From assembly GCA_016235455.1 (NCBI GenBank), contig JACRKZ010000138.1:1-64000 (forward strand): 64,000 nt of DNA, in the 5' to 3' direction. The stretch comes from Armatimonadota bacterium. Its GTDB lineage: Bacteria; Armatimonadota; UBA10988. Of this stretch, positions 11,326 through 22,272 are shown piece after piece; position 1 is the stretch's first letter, and each line of letters opens with the position of its first letter. Under the pieces are notes generated by a model that worked only from the letters and a program-made list of their open reading frames with translations, had not been told where the DNA came from and ran no database searches. Position numbers and translations under genes: made by a program.

Positions 11326-12795
11326 ATGATCCCGCTGCTACTGACCACCGCACTGGCCGCCAATGCGCCCATCCGGGCCTTCTGCATCGACTTCAACTGG
11401 GGACCGGGCGGGCCCAACGGCTTCGCCAAGCCGGGTCTGTGGGCCGATGTCTCGCCCGCCGACTCGCTGGCCTGGCACGCGGCGCTCGGCGCCAACGTCA
11501 TCCAGACCTTCGCCGTCTCCTGCAACGGCTACGCCTGGTACAAAGGCGGCCAGGTGCCGCCGCAGCCGGGGCTGCGGGCCGACTTCCTGCCCGAACTGGT
11601 CAAGCTGGCCCACGCGCGGGACATGCGCGTCATGGGCTACTTCTGCGTCGGCTCCAACACCCGCTGGGGCGCCGAGCACCCCGACCTGAGCTACGGCACG
11701 CCCAGCGCGCCGCACATCCCCTTCACCACCGCCTACCTCGACTTCCTCTGCGCGGAGATCGAGGAGTCGCTGCGGCTCAGCGGCATGGACGGCTTCATGA
11801 TCGACTGGGTCTGGAACCCGACGCGGCCGGTCAAGGACGGGGTCGAGCAGTGGCTGCCCAGCGAGCAGGCGGCCTACGCCGAACTGATGGGCAAGCCCTT
11901 CCCCGGCGCAGACAAGCTCGGCGCCGATGACCGGTTGGCTTATCACCGCCGCGCTATCGACCGCTGCTGGGCGCGCATTCGTCAGACCGCCAAACAGGCC
12001 AGGCCAGACTGCGTCATCTGGCTCAGTTGCCACAGTCTGGCCGACCCGACCGTGGCTGGCTCACCGCTGCTGCGCGAGGTGGACTGGCTGATGAACGAGA
12101 ACCCCAACCCCGCCGACCTGGCCGCCGCTCGGGCCAGCGCCGGGCCGAACACCACGCTGGTGCAGTGTCTGGTGGGCTGGGGCGATGCCCACGACGCCCA
12201 GCGCGTGCTGCTCAGCCCCGAGTACCGCGATCTCGCCGTCTACGGCTTTGCCAAGCCGGGCGACAACGGCTTCCCGCTGCCGGTGGCCGACTATCTGGCC
12301 CAGCCCATTCGCGGCTTCCGCGGCAACGACCGCAACATCGCCGTGCTGGCGCGCTGGTTCACCGGCCGGCCCATCGATGAGCCGGCACCGCTGGTAACCC
12401 AGGCCGCCGACGGCCAGCTCGCCCTGACGCCCGACAACGCCAAACTGGTGGGCATGAGCCCGGTGGTCATGGACGGCCAGATCGGCCATTGGGGCAACGT
12501 GCGCGACAGCGTCACCTGGCGCCTCCGGGTCGACCGACCGGGCGACTTCGACCTGGTGTTGACCTACGCCGTGGCGACGGGCATGGCGGGCAGCCGGTTC
12601 GCGGTGCTGGTCGATGAGCGGCGCTATGAGCAGACCGCGGTGGAGACCGGGCCAAGCTGGCGCGAGTACCGAGCGTTCGGGCTCGGCCGCGTGGCCCTGG
12701 CCGCGGGCGAGCACACGGTCAGCGTCGTGCCCGACCCGGCCGGGCCGTGGCGTGCGATCAGTCTGAAGGGGTTGGTGTTGGCGGCGGCAAGATAG
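11326..12795 (+). CDS. Secreted alpha-L-fucosidase-like/uncharacterised GH with C-terminal CBM6/35-like module
   Basis: Signal peptide; GYAWY, DFLPELVKLAH, GYFC, DGFMIDW; C-terminal IGHWGN...VTWRL...AGEHTV. Confidence 0.6.
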   Translation: MIPLLLTTALAANAPIRAFCIDFNWGPGGPNGFAKPGLWADVSPADSLAWHAALGANVIQTFAVSCNGYAWYKGGQVPPQPGLRADFLPELVKLAHARDMRVMGYFCVGSNTRWGAEHPDLSYGTPSAPHIPFTTAYLDFLCAEIEESLRLSGMDGFMIDWVWNPTRPVKDGVEQWLPSEQAAYAELMGKPFPGADKLGADDRLAYHRRAIDRCWARIRQTAKQARPDCVIWLSCHSLADPTVAGSPLLREVDWLMNENPNPADLAAARASAGPNTTLVQCLVGWGDAHDAQRVLLSPEYRDLAVYGFAKPGDNGFPLPVADYLAQPIRGFRGNDRNIAVLARWFTGRPIDEPAPLVTQAADGQLALTPDNAKLVGMSPVVMDGQIGHWGNVRDSVTWRLRVDRPGDFDLVLTYAVATGMAGSRFAVLVDERRYEQTAVETGPSWREYRAFGLGRVALAAGEHTVSVVPDPAGPWRAISLKGLVLAAAR

Positions 12796-12861
12796 CATGA
12801 GGGGAGTTGGCGGCCCCTTTGGCTGTCCGGGTCGTAACGCAAGGGGAAGGGACATGCTACG

Positions 12862-13056
12862 ATGAAGGTGCGTGCAGTGCTGGCTAGACTGCGCGCCGAC
12901 GGCTGGGATGTGGTGCGCGTGACGGGCAGCCACCGGCAGTTGCGCCATGCAAGCAAACCCGGGACGGTGACACTGTCAGGCCACCTCAACGACGACATGC
13001 AGGCAGGTACACTTCGCAGCATCTGGCGGCAGGCCGGCTTGGAGCCCGAGCAATGA
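12862..13056 (+). CDS. hicA: HicA family mRNA interferase toxin
   Basis: GW-x5-GSH-x3-H-x2-KPGTVT...GTLRSIWRQAG; ATGA overlap with hicB. Confidence 0.9.
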   Translation: MKVRAVLARLRADGWDVVRVTGSHRQLRHASKPGTVTLSGHLNDDMQAGTLRSIWRQAGLEPEQ

Positions 13057-13268
13057 TCGACTATACCGTGATCTACGAGCGCGGCCCGCGCAACTGGTCG
13101 GCCTACGTGCCTGACCTGCCGGGCTGTGTCGCCACCGGGCGTGATCGCGCGCGGACCGAGCAACTCATCCGCGAGGCCATCGAGCTGCATATCGAGGCCC
13201 TGCGTGAAGCCGGCGAATCGGTGCCCGCGCCCACCGTAGAGGCCGGCGTCGTGTCCGTCGCCGCGTGA
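13053..13268 (+). CDS. hicB: HicB family antitoxin (short form, no DNA-binding domain)
   Basis: SAYVPDLPGCVATG...IREAIELHIE...GESVP. Confidence 0.9.
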   Translation: MIDYTVIYERGPRNWSAYVPDLPGCVATGRDRARTEQLIREAIELHIEALREAGESVPAPTVEAGVVSVAA

Positions 13269-13276
13269 CCGTAGGA

Positions 13277-13315
13277 CAGACGGCCCACCGCCTGAGGATC
13301 GCGATGGGCCGTCTG
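13277..13315. terminator. Hairpin between convergent hicB and the beta-barrel gene
   Basis: CAGACGGCCCA ... TGGGCCGTCTG, 11-bp stem. Confidence 0.6.
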
Positions 13316-13338
13316 CGTCTTTGGGTTGTTCGGGGAGA

Positions 13339-14043
13339 CTAGAAGCTGTGCTCCCAGGCCAGCTTCACGCCCGGAACCAGGCGCACCGAGCGGTTGTAGT
13401 TGTGGCTCGGAATGTCGATGTCGAACGTGCCCGTCACCGACAGGCCATTGCCCAACGGGTAGGTCAGGCTCTGGCCCAGAATGGCCACGGCAAAGCCGTT
13501 CGGCGCGTAGGTCTTGCCGGAGTTGAAGCCCACTGCGCCCCAGGTGACATACGTCAGCTTGGCCGGCAGCGTCCAGGCGCGACCCGCCGAGGCGAGGAAC
13601 ACGTCGTGGTGCTGGTTGGTCAGGCCGTGGTAGATCGACAACGTCGGGTTCCAAGGCGAGACCGAGGTGCTCACCGAGGCGAACAACTCGTTCTTGGTGA
13701 TGTTGCCCAGCGGCCCGCCGTAATGGATGTAGCCACCGGTGACCGTCACGGGCAGGCTCTTGGAGGCATAGGTCAGCCGAGCCGTTACATCGTACTCGCT
13801 GCCGTAGCCCGACGCGTACGGCTGCCAGTGCCAGCCAGACACCCCGGCGCTGAACTCGGGGCTGATCTGGTAGTTCAGGCCCAACGAACTCGACTGCCCG
13901 CTGTAGCCGAACTGCAAGCCGCGGAACACGTACTCCACCTGGTAGCCGGTGCTGGCCGAGATCGAGAAGTCCCTGGCCACCCCGGCGCTCACGGCCGTCA
14001 GTGCCAGGCCTGCGACGAGCACGAATCCTGTCCACTTACGCAT
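13339..14043 (-). CDS. Outer-membrane beta-barrel protein (TorF/putative porin-like)
   Basis: Signal peptide; YVFRG motif, EYD, GYIHY, alternating beta-strand pattern, C-terminal Phe. Confidence 0.65.
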   Translation of the reverse strand: MRKWTGFVLVAGLALTAVSAGVARDFSISASTGYQVEYVFRGLQFGYSGQSSSLGLNYQISPEFSAGVSGWHWQPYASGYGSEYDVTARLTYASKSLPVTVTGGYIHYGGPLGNITKNELFASVSTSVSPWNPTLSIYHGLTNQHHDVFLASAGRAWTLPAKLTYVTWGAVGFNSGKTYAPNGFAVAILGQSLTYPLGNGLSVTGTFDIDIPSHNYNRSVRLVPGVKLAWEHSF

Positions 14044-14125
14044 TGCTCTGTCCTTTCACTGCCGTTGGCGCAGGGCGCTTGTCCATGTTTCAACGCACGG
14101 CGCCGGGGCAATCGAGTCGCTTGGC

Positions 14126-15631
<1,506 letters not shown>

Positions 15632-15789
15632 TCACCTGTCACTTCGGCCCGCCTGGGCACTCGGGCCTGTCCGGCCCACACCCGATCCCCGGTCGCGCCG
15701 CTACCGAGGACCGCGCGGACACAACGTGTTATCGCGCCGCGCGCCACACCCCATCTGCCCCGAAACCGTCGCCGCCCCACTTTCACCTG

Positions 15790-15865
15790 TATTCCTATCT
15801 ACTTACTCGTCATATGCTACGCTTCGGACCCAACGGCGTCAAGTCCTATTTTAAGATCGTGTATT
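15790..15865 (-). promoter_or_regulatory. Sigma70 promoter of the metY operon flanked by two AT-rich Rrf2/CymR-like boxes
   Basis: Minus strand TTGACG (15842-15837), 17 nt, TAGCAT (15819-15814). Direct repeat TCCTAT-N8/N7-TCGT at 15793-15810 and 15844-15860. Confidence 0.7.
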
Positions 15866-16017
15866 GGGTGATTGTTGGCCGAGACGTCGAGCAGCCGGGG
15901 ACGGCCCGCCGCCGAACTGGGCGAGCCGACCGGGCGTGTGGGGCGATCAGCGGCGTGGCGCCACGGAGTGGCAGTGGTGGAAAGCGGCGAATCGCGCGAT
16001 TGTACTGACGATGAGGC

Positions 16018-17739
16018 CTACCGCTCGAGCCGCGGCGCCAGCCAGACGCCCCAGGTGCCGCTGGCGCTGTCCCCGCCGAGCGCGGTCAGCAACTCCAGGC
16101 TCTTGGCGCCGTCGAGCGGCAGATCGAGGTGACGCGCAGTGTGGTCGGCCACCGGCTCGGAGCGCCAGATCTCCCGGCCGTCCGCACGCACAATGAAGCG
16201 CACCGCACCGTCATGGCCGTCTTGCAGGCCGTAGTCAGCCACCAGCCGTTTCCACTGGCCAGCGATCGCGTAGCTGTAGCTGGCAGCGGCGTGCGCAAAC
16301 AGGCCGCGGTCGTAGAAGCGGCCACCGACGGCGAGGAAGCGGTTGGTGTCCTCGCGCCAGACCTGGTCACGCAACGGCTGGCCCCAGCCCGTGCTCGCCG
16401 CGGTCCAGCGCAGGTCGGACAAGGCGACGGTCGTGGTGCCCGCGGGCACAGCGTCAGGCGCCAGCAGCGCCGGCGGGTTGGCCAGTCGCCGCACGAGGCG
16501 GCCTTGCGCGACCGCGACAGGGTCGGTGGCGAGCGCCTCCAACCCGCCGGCGACGCGGTCGATGGCGACCCTATCCCGCGAGTCCAGCGCGGCGAACGCC
16601 TCGGCCACCAGCGCCTGGCGCTGCATGGCACTCAGATCGGGCCTGGCATTGTCGTCGGCGGTGTAGTGGAAGCTGTGCGTGTCCCAGGCGCCGTTGTCCA
16701 GGCAGGCGCGCAGCCGCAGCTCGAACCGGCCGCGGCGCAGATCGCCGATGCTGACCTTGAAGCGTCCGTCGGCGTCCGGCAAGGCGGTCCAGGCGACCGC
16801 GTCGTAATCGTCCTTGATCGCCTCGTCGTCGTTGTAGGCGATGACGCCGTAGGGCTTGGGTGTGCCGCTGACCTTGCCGCTGACGGCGATCTTGCCGTCC
16901 TCGTAGGCCCACTTGAGATCCGTCAGCTGGGAGCTGACCTGGCCGCCGACGCCGTCGCGCGAGCCGCGGAACAGAGGCTGCCGCGCCAGGGCCAGGGCCG
17001 TCGCGCGCGACAGGATCGTGCCGGGCTTCTCGCCGCGCAGTTCGTTGCCGAAGGTATGGTTGCCCGCACCCATCAACGACAGGCCACGCTTCCGCTCCTC
17101 GCCGGTCTCCTTGTCGTGCGGCAGGCCAAAGGCGTGGCCCAACTCGTGGGCGAACCCGCCGATGTAGTGGCTGTTGAACTGGCCGAGACTGCACGGCCCG
17201 CCATACCAGGCGGGCGTGGTCTTGTCGGGCAGGTTGGCCGCGCTGATGCGCTGGTCGTCGTAGACCAGGCAGATGCCGTGGTCGAACGCACCCGACCCCG
17301 CATACGGCCCGACCTCGACCGCCTTGTCGCCGTTCCACTCGAGCAGCGTGGTGACCACCAGCACATACTCGCGGTCCAGATCGATCCCGCGCGGCGCGAC
17401 CGCGCGGCGCACCTCGCCGGCGATCTCCCAGAACGAGTTGCGGCCATACTCGCGCAGCTTCTTGGCGCCCGTGACCAGCTCGATCCGCGCCACCTCGCCG
17501 GCCATATCCAGCGCGAAGGTGTGCTCGCCGAGGCCGTTGGCGGCCATGCCGCGCCGGTAGAAGTCGGCCACATGCTGCACGCAGGCCGTGACCCGCGCAG
17601 CATACCCAGGAATGGCCTCGCGGTCGCTCGGCGTGAAGTAGACGATGCGCAGCACGGGCCCGGCGGCCGCTTGGAGGCGCGCGCCACAGCACAGCGCCAG
17701 AAGACAGGCCAGCAGCATGGGTCGGGCGGAATGGCGCAC
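16018..17739 (-). CDS. Secreted zinc metallopeptidase with C-terminal NPCBM domain
   Basis: Signal peptide; metzincin motif HELGHAFGLPH with a downstream LMG Met-turn; NPCBM-like LSDL.W...GWG...GLFAHA...DGAVRF. Confidence 0.85.
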   Translation of the reverse strand: MRHSARPMLLACLLALCCGARLQAAAGPVLRIVYFTPSDREAIPGYAARVTACVQHVADFYRRGMAANGLGEHTFALDMAGEVARIELVTGAKKLREYGRNSFWEIAGEVRRAVAPRGIDLDREYVLVVTTLLEWNGDKAVEVGPYAGSGAFDHGICLVYDDQRISAANLPDKTTPAWYGGPCSLGQFNSHYIGGFAHELGHAFGLPHDKETGEERKRGLSLMGAGNHTFGNELRGEKPGTILSRATALALARQPLFRGSRDGVGGQVSSQLTDLKWAYEDGKIAVSGKVSGTPKPYGVIAYNDDEAIKDDYDAVAWTALPDADGRFKVSIGDLRRGRFELRLRACLDNGAWDTHSFHYTADDNARPDLSAMQRQALVAEAFAALDSRDRVAIDRVAGGLEALATDPVAVAQGRLVRRLANPPALLAPDAVPAGTTTVALSDLRWTAASTGWGQPLRDQVWREDTNRFLAVGGRFYDRGLFAHAAASYSYAIAGQWKRLVADYGLQDGHDGAVRFIVRADGREIWRSEPVADHTARHLDLPLDGAKSLELLTALGGDSASGTWGVWLAPRLER

Positions 17740-17847
17740 GTTTGGTCTCCGGTCGGCGCATTCTACGCGCCGGCCGCCCCGCGCGCAACGACGGGGCGAG
17801 AAGGGTTGGCCATCGGCCGTGGCGAACTGCGCGGCAGGAGCTTCGTT

Positions 17848-19314
17848 ATGCTGCCGACCCTGGCCCTCCTAGCCCTGACTGCTGCCCAGCCGCACCGCAC
17901 CGACTGGATGCGCGACGCCGGCTGGGGCGTGTTCACGCACTACCTGACCGGCGCCGGGATGAGCGCCGACGACTGGAACAAGCGCGTCGACGCGTTCGAC
18001 GTGCCGGGCCTGGTCAAGCAGCTCGAGACCATCGGCTGCCGCTACTACTTCCTGACGCTGGGCCAGAACTCGGGGCACTACTGCTCACCCAACGCCGCGT
18101 ACGACGCGGCGACGGGCATCAGCCCTAGCAAATGCTCTAAACGCGACCTGGTGGCGGAGCTGGCCGTGGCGCTGGAGACCAAGGGCATCCGCATGTGCGT
18201 CTACCTGCCCGCGGGCGCACCGAACCAGGACGCGAAGGCCATGGCCGGGCTGGAATGGACCAACGGCCCGCACCGCAACGCCAACTTCCAGCGCAAGTGG
18301 GAGGCGGTCATCCGCGAGTGGTCGCTGCGCTGGGGCAAGCGCGTGCACGCCTGGTGGTTCGACGGCTGCTACTGGCCCGACGCCATGTACCGCTTCGCCG
18401 AGGCGCCCAACTTCGCCAGCTTCGCCGCGGCGGCCAAGGCAGGCAACCCCGACAGTCTGGTGGCCTTCAACCCCGGCGTGATCAACCCAATCATCTGCCA
18501 GACCCAGTGGGAAGACTTCACCGCGGGCGAGATCAACGAGCCGGGCTACATGGAACATCCCGGCCGCTGGGTGGTGGCGCCGCAGAAGCCCGGCGAGACT
18601 GATGCGCCGGCTGAGCAACGCCGCGCGCAGTATCAGATGCTGAGCTACCTTGGACCTACCTGGTGTGCCTCGCCGCCGCGCTTCACAGTCGACCGCGTCG
18701 CGGAGTATACGCGCGATGTGATGGACCACCAGGGCGTCGTGACCTGGGACGTGCCGATCGGCGCCGGCGGGCTGATTCCCAAGCCGTTCTTCGACCAGTT
18801 GGTGGCATTGCACGCCAGCCTGGCCGGGCCGCGTCCGCCCAAGACCGAGCGGCCGGTGACCCCGCCGGGCAACCTGGCCTTCCGCAGGCCGGCGCAACTG
18901 CTCAGCCTCGACGGCCTGCGCACCATGCAGGTGAACAGCGGCACCTACCACCCCAAGTGCGGTGTCGACGGCGACCCGGGCACCTTCGCCCTGGCCGGCG
19001 GCGAGTGGCCTTGGAGCTACCATGTCGACCTGGAGAAGGCGCAGGCCCTGGCCCGGGTGGTCATTACCTTCGCGGGTAGCCGCGACGGCCCGCGGAAGAC
19101 CGGCTACCCCACCGAGTACGCCATCCGGCTTTCGGCGGACGGCCTGAACTGGACCGAAGTGGCGCATGTGCAGGACGCCGTCGGCGGCAAGGTGGAGCAC
19201 ACCTTCGCAGCGGTCGAGGCACGCTATGTGCGCGTTCTCTCGATCAAGCCCGACGCGGCGGACCAACCGGGCGGTCAAATGGCCGTCGCGGAGTTGGAGG
19301 TCTACGGCCCTTAG
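17848..19314 (+). CDS. Secreted GH29-like alpha-L-fucosidase with C-terminal F5/8 type C (CBM32) domain
   Basis: AGGAG RBS before ATG 17848; GWGVFTHY, RDLVAEL, WWFDGCY; C-terminal VDLEK...SADGLNW...ARYVRV...AELEVYG. Confidence 0.75.
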   Translation: MLPTLALLALTAAQPHRTDWMRDAGWGVFTHYLTGAGMSADDWNKRVDAFDVPGLVKQLETIGCRYYFLTLGQNSGHYCSPNAAYDAATGISPSKCSKRDLVAELAVALETKGIRMCVYLPAGAPNQDAKAMAGLEWTNGPHRNANFQRKWEAVIREWSLRWGKRVHAWWFDGCYWPDAMYRFAEAPNFASFAAAAKAGNPDSLVAFNPGVINPIICQTQWEDFTAGEINEPGYMEHPGRWVVAPQKPGETDAPAEQRRAQYQMLSYLGPTWCASPPRFTVDRVAEYTRDVMDHQGVVTWDVPIGAGGLIPKPFFDQLVALHASLAGPRPPKTERPVTPPGNLAFRRPAQLLSLDGLRTMQVNSGTYHPKCGVDGDPGTFALAGGEWPWSYHVDLEKAQALARVVITFAGSRDGPRKTGYPTEYAIRLSADGLNWTEVAHVQDAVGGKVEHTFAAVEARYVRVLSIKPDAADQPGGQMAVAELEVYGP

Positions 19315-19318
19315 CAAC

Positions 19319-19356
19319 CGAGCGGGGCGGCTCCCTTGAGGTCGCCGCCCCGCTCG
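19319..19356. terminator. Hairpin between convergent genes
   Basis: CGAGCGGGGCGGC ... GCCGCCCCGCTCG, 13-bp perfect stem. Confidence 0.65.
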
Positions 19357-19375
19357 CCTCAGCCGCCGGAACGGC

Positions 19376-19987
<612 letters not shown>

Positions 19988-20023
19988 GCTCAACTCCGTG
20001 GCCAGCGCTGTGCCGGCGCGACC

Positions 20024-20101
20024 AAGATGCACTATCGCAATGCGCTATGTCAAGCGCGGAATCGGCTTCACTTTGACACGCGGGTGCCAGACGGCTACGC
20101 T
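20024..20101. promoter_or_regulatory. Back-to-back sigma70 promoters
   Basis: Plus strand TTGACA (20073-78), 17 nt, TACGCT (20096-101). Minus strand TTGACA (20053-48), 18 nt, CATCTT (20029-24). Confidence 0.6.
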
Positions 20102-20118
20102 TGTCCAGGAGAGCAACG

Positions 20119-21024
20119 ATGGCACACCAGACCGATCGACGCAGTTTCCTGGGCACCGGTGCCGCACTGGCGGCGGCCGGGCTGTTGGCTGGGCGCGGCC
20201 AGGCGCAGGCCGCGCGCAGCAAGGTCATCGTGGTGACCTGTCCGACCGCCATCACCGAGACGGACCAAGCCGATGCCGCCGCGGTCAAGACGATGATCGA
20301 TAAAGGCATCACCGCGCTGGCGGGCACCGACCAGGTGGACGCCGCCTGGGCCGCGCTGGTCAAGACCGACGACAAGGTGGCGCTGGTCGACGCGGGCACC
20401 TGGCTGATGAACGTGCCGGCCGTCTTCGCCGAAGTGGCGCGCGGCATCCAGAGCGCCAAGCCAGCCAAGCTGGCCCTGGCCATCTGCAAGATGACCAACA
20501 ACAACGCCGAGTACATGGGCAAGCTCAAAGCCGCGCTGGAGGCCGCCAAGGTCTCGGCCGACCTGATCGACCCCGGCTTGTACGCGCTGCCCTGCAAGTT
20601 CGGCGATGCCTTCACGCTGATGGCCACGCTGCCCACGGTCAAGGCGCACCCCATCTCGGGCGTGTCGGGAGCTGTGAAGCACTACGCCACGCTGACCGCG
20701 GGCAAGGTCTCGGAGTACCATGCCAACGGCATGGAGACCGCAGGCAAGGTGTTGGCCGACGAGTTTGGCAAGCACCGCCACCTGACCATCATCGACGGCC
20801 TGCGCTGGGGCAACGGTCGCAAGGGCCCGAGCTTCTACCGCAAGTGCCTGCTGTTCAGCACCGACCCCGTGGCGGCCGACGCCGTGGCGCTCAAGCTGTT
20901 CCTCGAGAATCAGCAGGCGCTCAACAACATCCCGCCCGAGCGGCACATCCAGCGGGCCGAGACCGAGTACAAGGCCGGCATCGCCGACCTGGCCAGGATC
21001 GATATCGTCGACCTCAAGGTCTAG
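20119..21024 (+). CDS. Tat-exported DUF362-domain protein
   Basis: AGGAG RBS; twin-arginine DRRSFL; LPTVKAH...SGAVKHY; STDPVAAD; HIQRA...GIADL. Confidence 0.75.
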   Translation: MAHQTDRRSFLGTGAALAAAGLLAGRGQAQAARSKVIVVTCPTAITETDQADAAAVKTMIDKGITALAGTDQVDAAWAALVKTDDKVALVDAGTWLMNVPAVFAEVARGIQSAKPAKLALAICKMTNNNAEYMGKLKAALEAAKVSADLIDPGLYALPCKFGDAFTLMATLPTVKAHPISGVSGAVKHYATLTAGKVSEYHANGMETAGKVLADEFGKHRHLTIIDGLRWGNGRKGPSFYRKCLLFSTDPVAADAVALKLFLENQQALNNIPPERHIQRAETEYKAGIADLARIDIVDLKV

Positions 21025-21027
21025 GCC

Positions 21028-21909
21028 ATGTGGGCTCTGCTCGCGGTGATACTGCTCGCTACGCCTCCGAAGGCCCCGGAGCCGCCCGAGGCGCTGCTCC
21101 GCGCCGCCTTTGTGGCCGGCAGCCCGCGCCTTGACGGCGCGATCGAGGTGTTCACCGGCGAGCACATCTACGAGTACATGGACGGCGCGGGCGAGTTGCC
21201 GGTGGCTTGTGGCTACCGGCAACTCGCCGCGGCCAGGCTGGTCGACGCCGCGGGCCGCAAGCTGACCGCTGAGCTGATCCTCTGCCCCGGCCCGGCCGAG
21301 GCCTTCGGCATCTACAGCCTGCGTCGGCAGCCGGGCGAGGCCATTGTGCCGCTGTCGCATCTGGCGCGGCACCTGGATGGCGAACTGATCGGCTGGCGCG
21401 GGCCGTATTTCTGGGTCGTCTCGAGCCTGGCGCAGCCCGCGCCGTCCCAGGACGATCTGTTGGCCACGGCCAAGCTGATCGAGGCCCGCATCCCCGACGC
21501 CGGCGCCCTGCCCGACCTGCTTGGGCGGCTGCCCATCGCCGACCTCAAGCCCGACAGCGCGCGCTACTGCCACGGCAAGTTCGGGCTCGATACGTTCTGG
21601 TTCCGCCGCGACAACCTGCTCGGCCTGCCGCTGCCTAGTGATGGGAGACCGGTCGACGTGGAAGTCGCCGCCGCCCGCTACGAGAAGCCCGTCGGGCAGC
21701 TCATCGTGGCCCACTACCCGAGCGTCGAACTGGCCGCCGCAGCCCACGCGCGTTGGGCCGCAGCCAAGGAAGCACACGAACTGGCCGTGCTCGACGGGGC
21801 CTGGCTGGGCCTGGTGGTCGATGCCGCCAGCGAGGCCGATGCGGCGGTGCTGGCCGAGCGGCTGAAGGCGACGATGGCCAAGCCGGGACCGGCCTGGACC
21901 GAGGGCTGA
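21028..21909 (+). CDS. Secreted DUF6599-like protein
   Basis: Signal peptide; IYEYMDGAGE...GY, AFGIYS, WRGPY. Confidence 0.6.
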   Translation: MWALLAVILLATPPKAPEPPEALLRAAFVAGSPRLDGAIEVFTGEHIYEYMDGAGELPVACGYRQLAAARLVDAAGRKLTAELILCPGPAEAFGIYSLRRQPGEAIVPLSHLARHLDGELIGWRGPYFWVVSSLAQPAPSQDDLLATAKLIEARIPDAGALPDLLGRLPIADLKPDSARYCHGKFGLDTFWFRRDNLLGLPLPSDGRPVDVEVAAARYEKPVGQLIVAHYPSVELAAAAHARWAAAKEAHELAVLDGAWLGLVVDAASEADAAVLAERLKATMAKPGPAWTEG

Positions 21910-21948
21910 CGTGGCCGGGCGGCGGCCAGCGATGCCAGGCCGAAGGGC

Positions 21949-22143
21949 ATGGACGCCAACGTGCTCATCATCATCGAGCCAGGCAAGCGCGGGGGCCGAC
22001 CGTGCGTTCGTGGCCAGCGCATCGCCGTGGCCGATGTGCTGGGCAGGCTGGCCGCCGGCATGGGCGAGGCGGAGATAGTCGACGACTTTCCCGAACTGAC
22101 CGTCGAGGACATCCGGGCGTGCCTGGCCTTCGCGGCCGGATGA
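21949..22143 (+). CDS. DUF433 family (antitoxin-like) protein
   Basis: PGKRGGRPCVRGQRIAV...EIVDDFPELTVEDIRACL. Confidence 0.85.
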   Translation: MDANVLIIIEPGKRGGRPCVRGQRIAVADVLGRLAAGMGEAEIVDDFPELTVEDIRACLAFAAG

Positions 22144-22272
22144 GGTGGTCCGGTAACGTCCCACGTCGCCGCCAATGCCCCGACTGGGAGCGCCAAGCGC
22201 CAGCAGCCTGCTCACAAGCCGGAAGAGGCGATGGCGACTCACATAGCAGGTGGACCATGGAACGGGGGCAGG

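Noticed and set aside
16129-17847. N-terminal extension of the 1061-aa ORF (similarly 26388-27416 and 47839-49428)
   Set aside because: These overlap real genes; the internal ATGs with an RBS and signal peptide are the credible starts.
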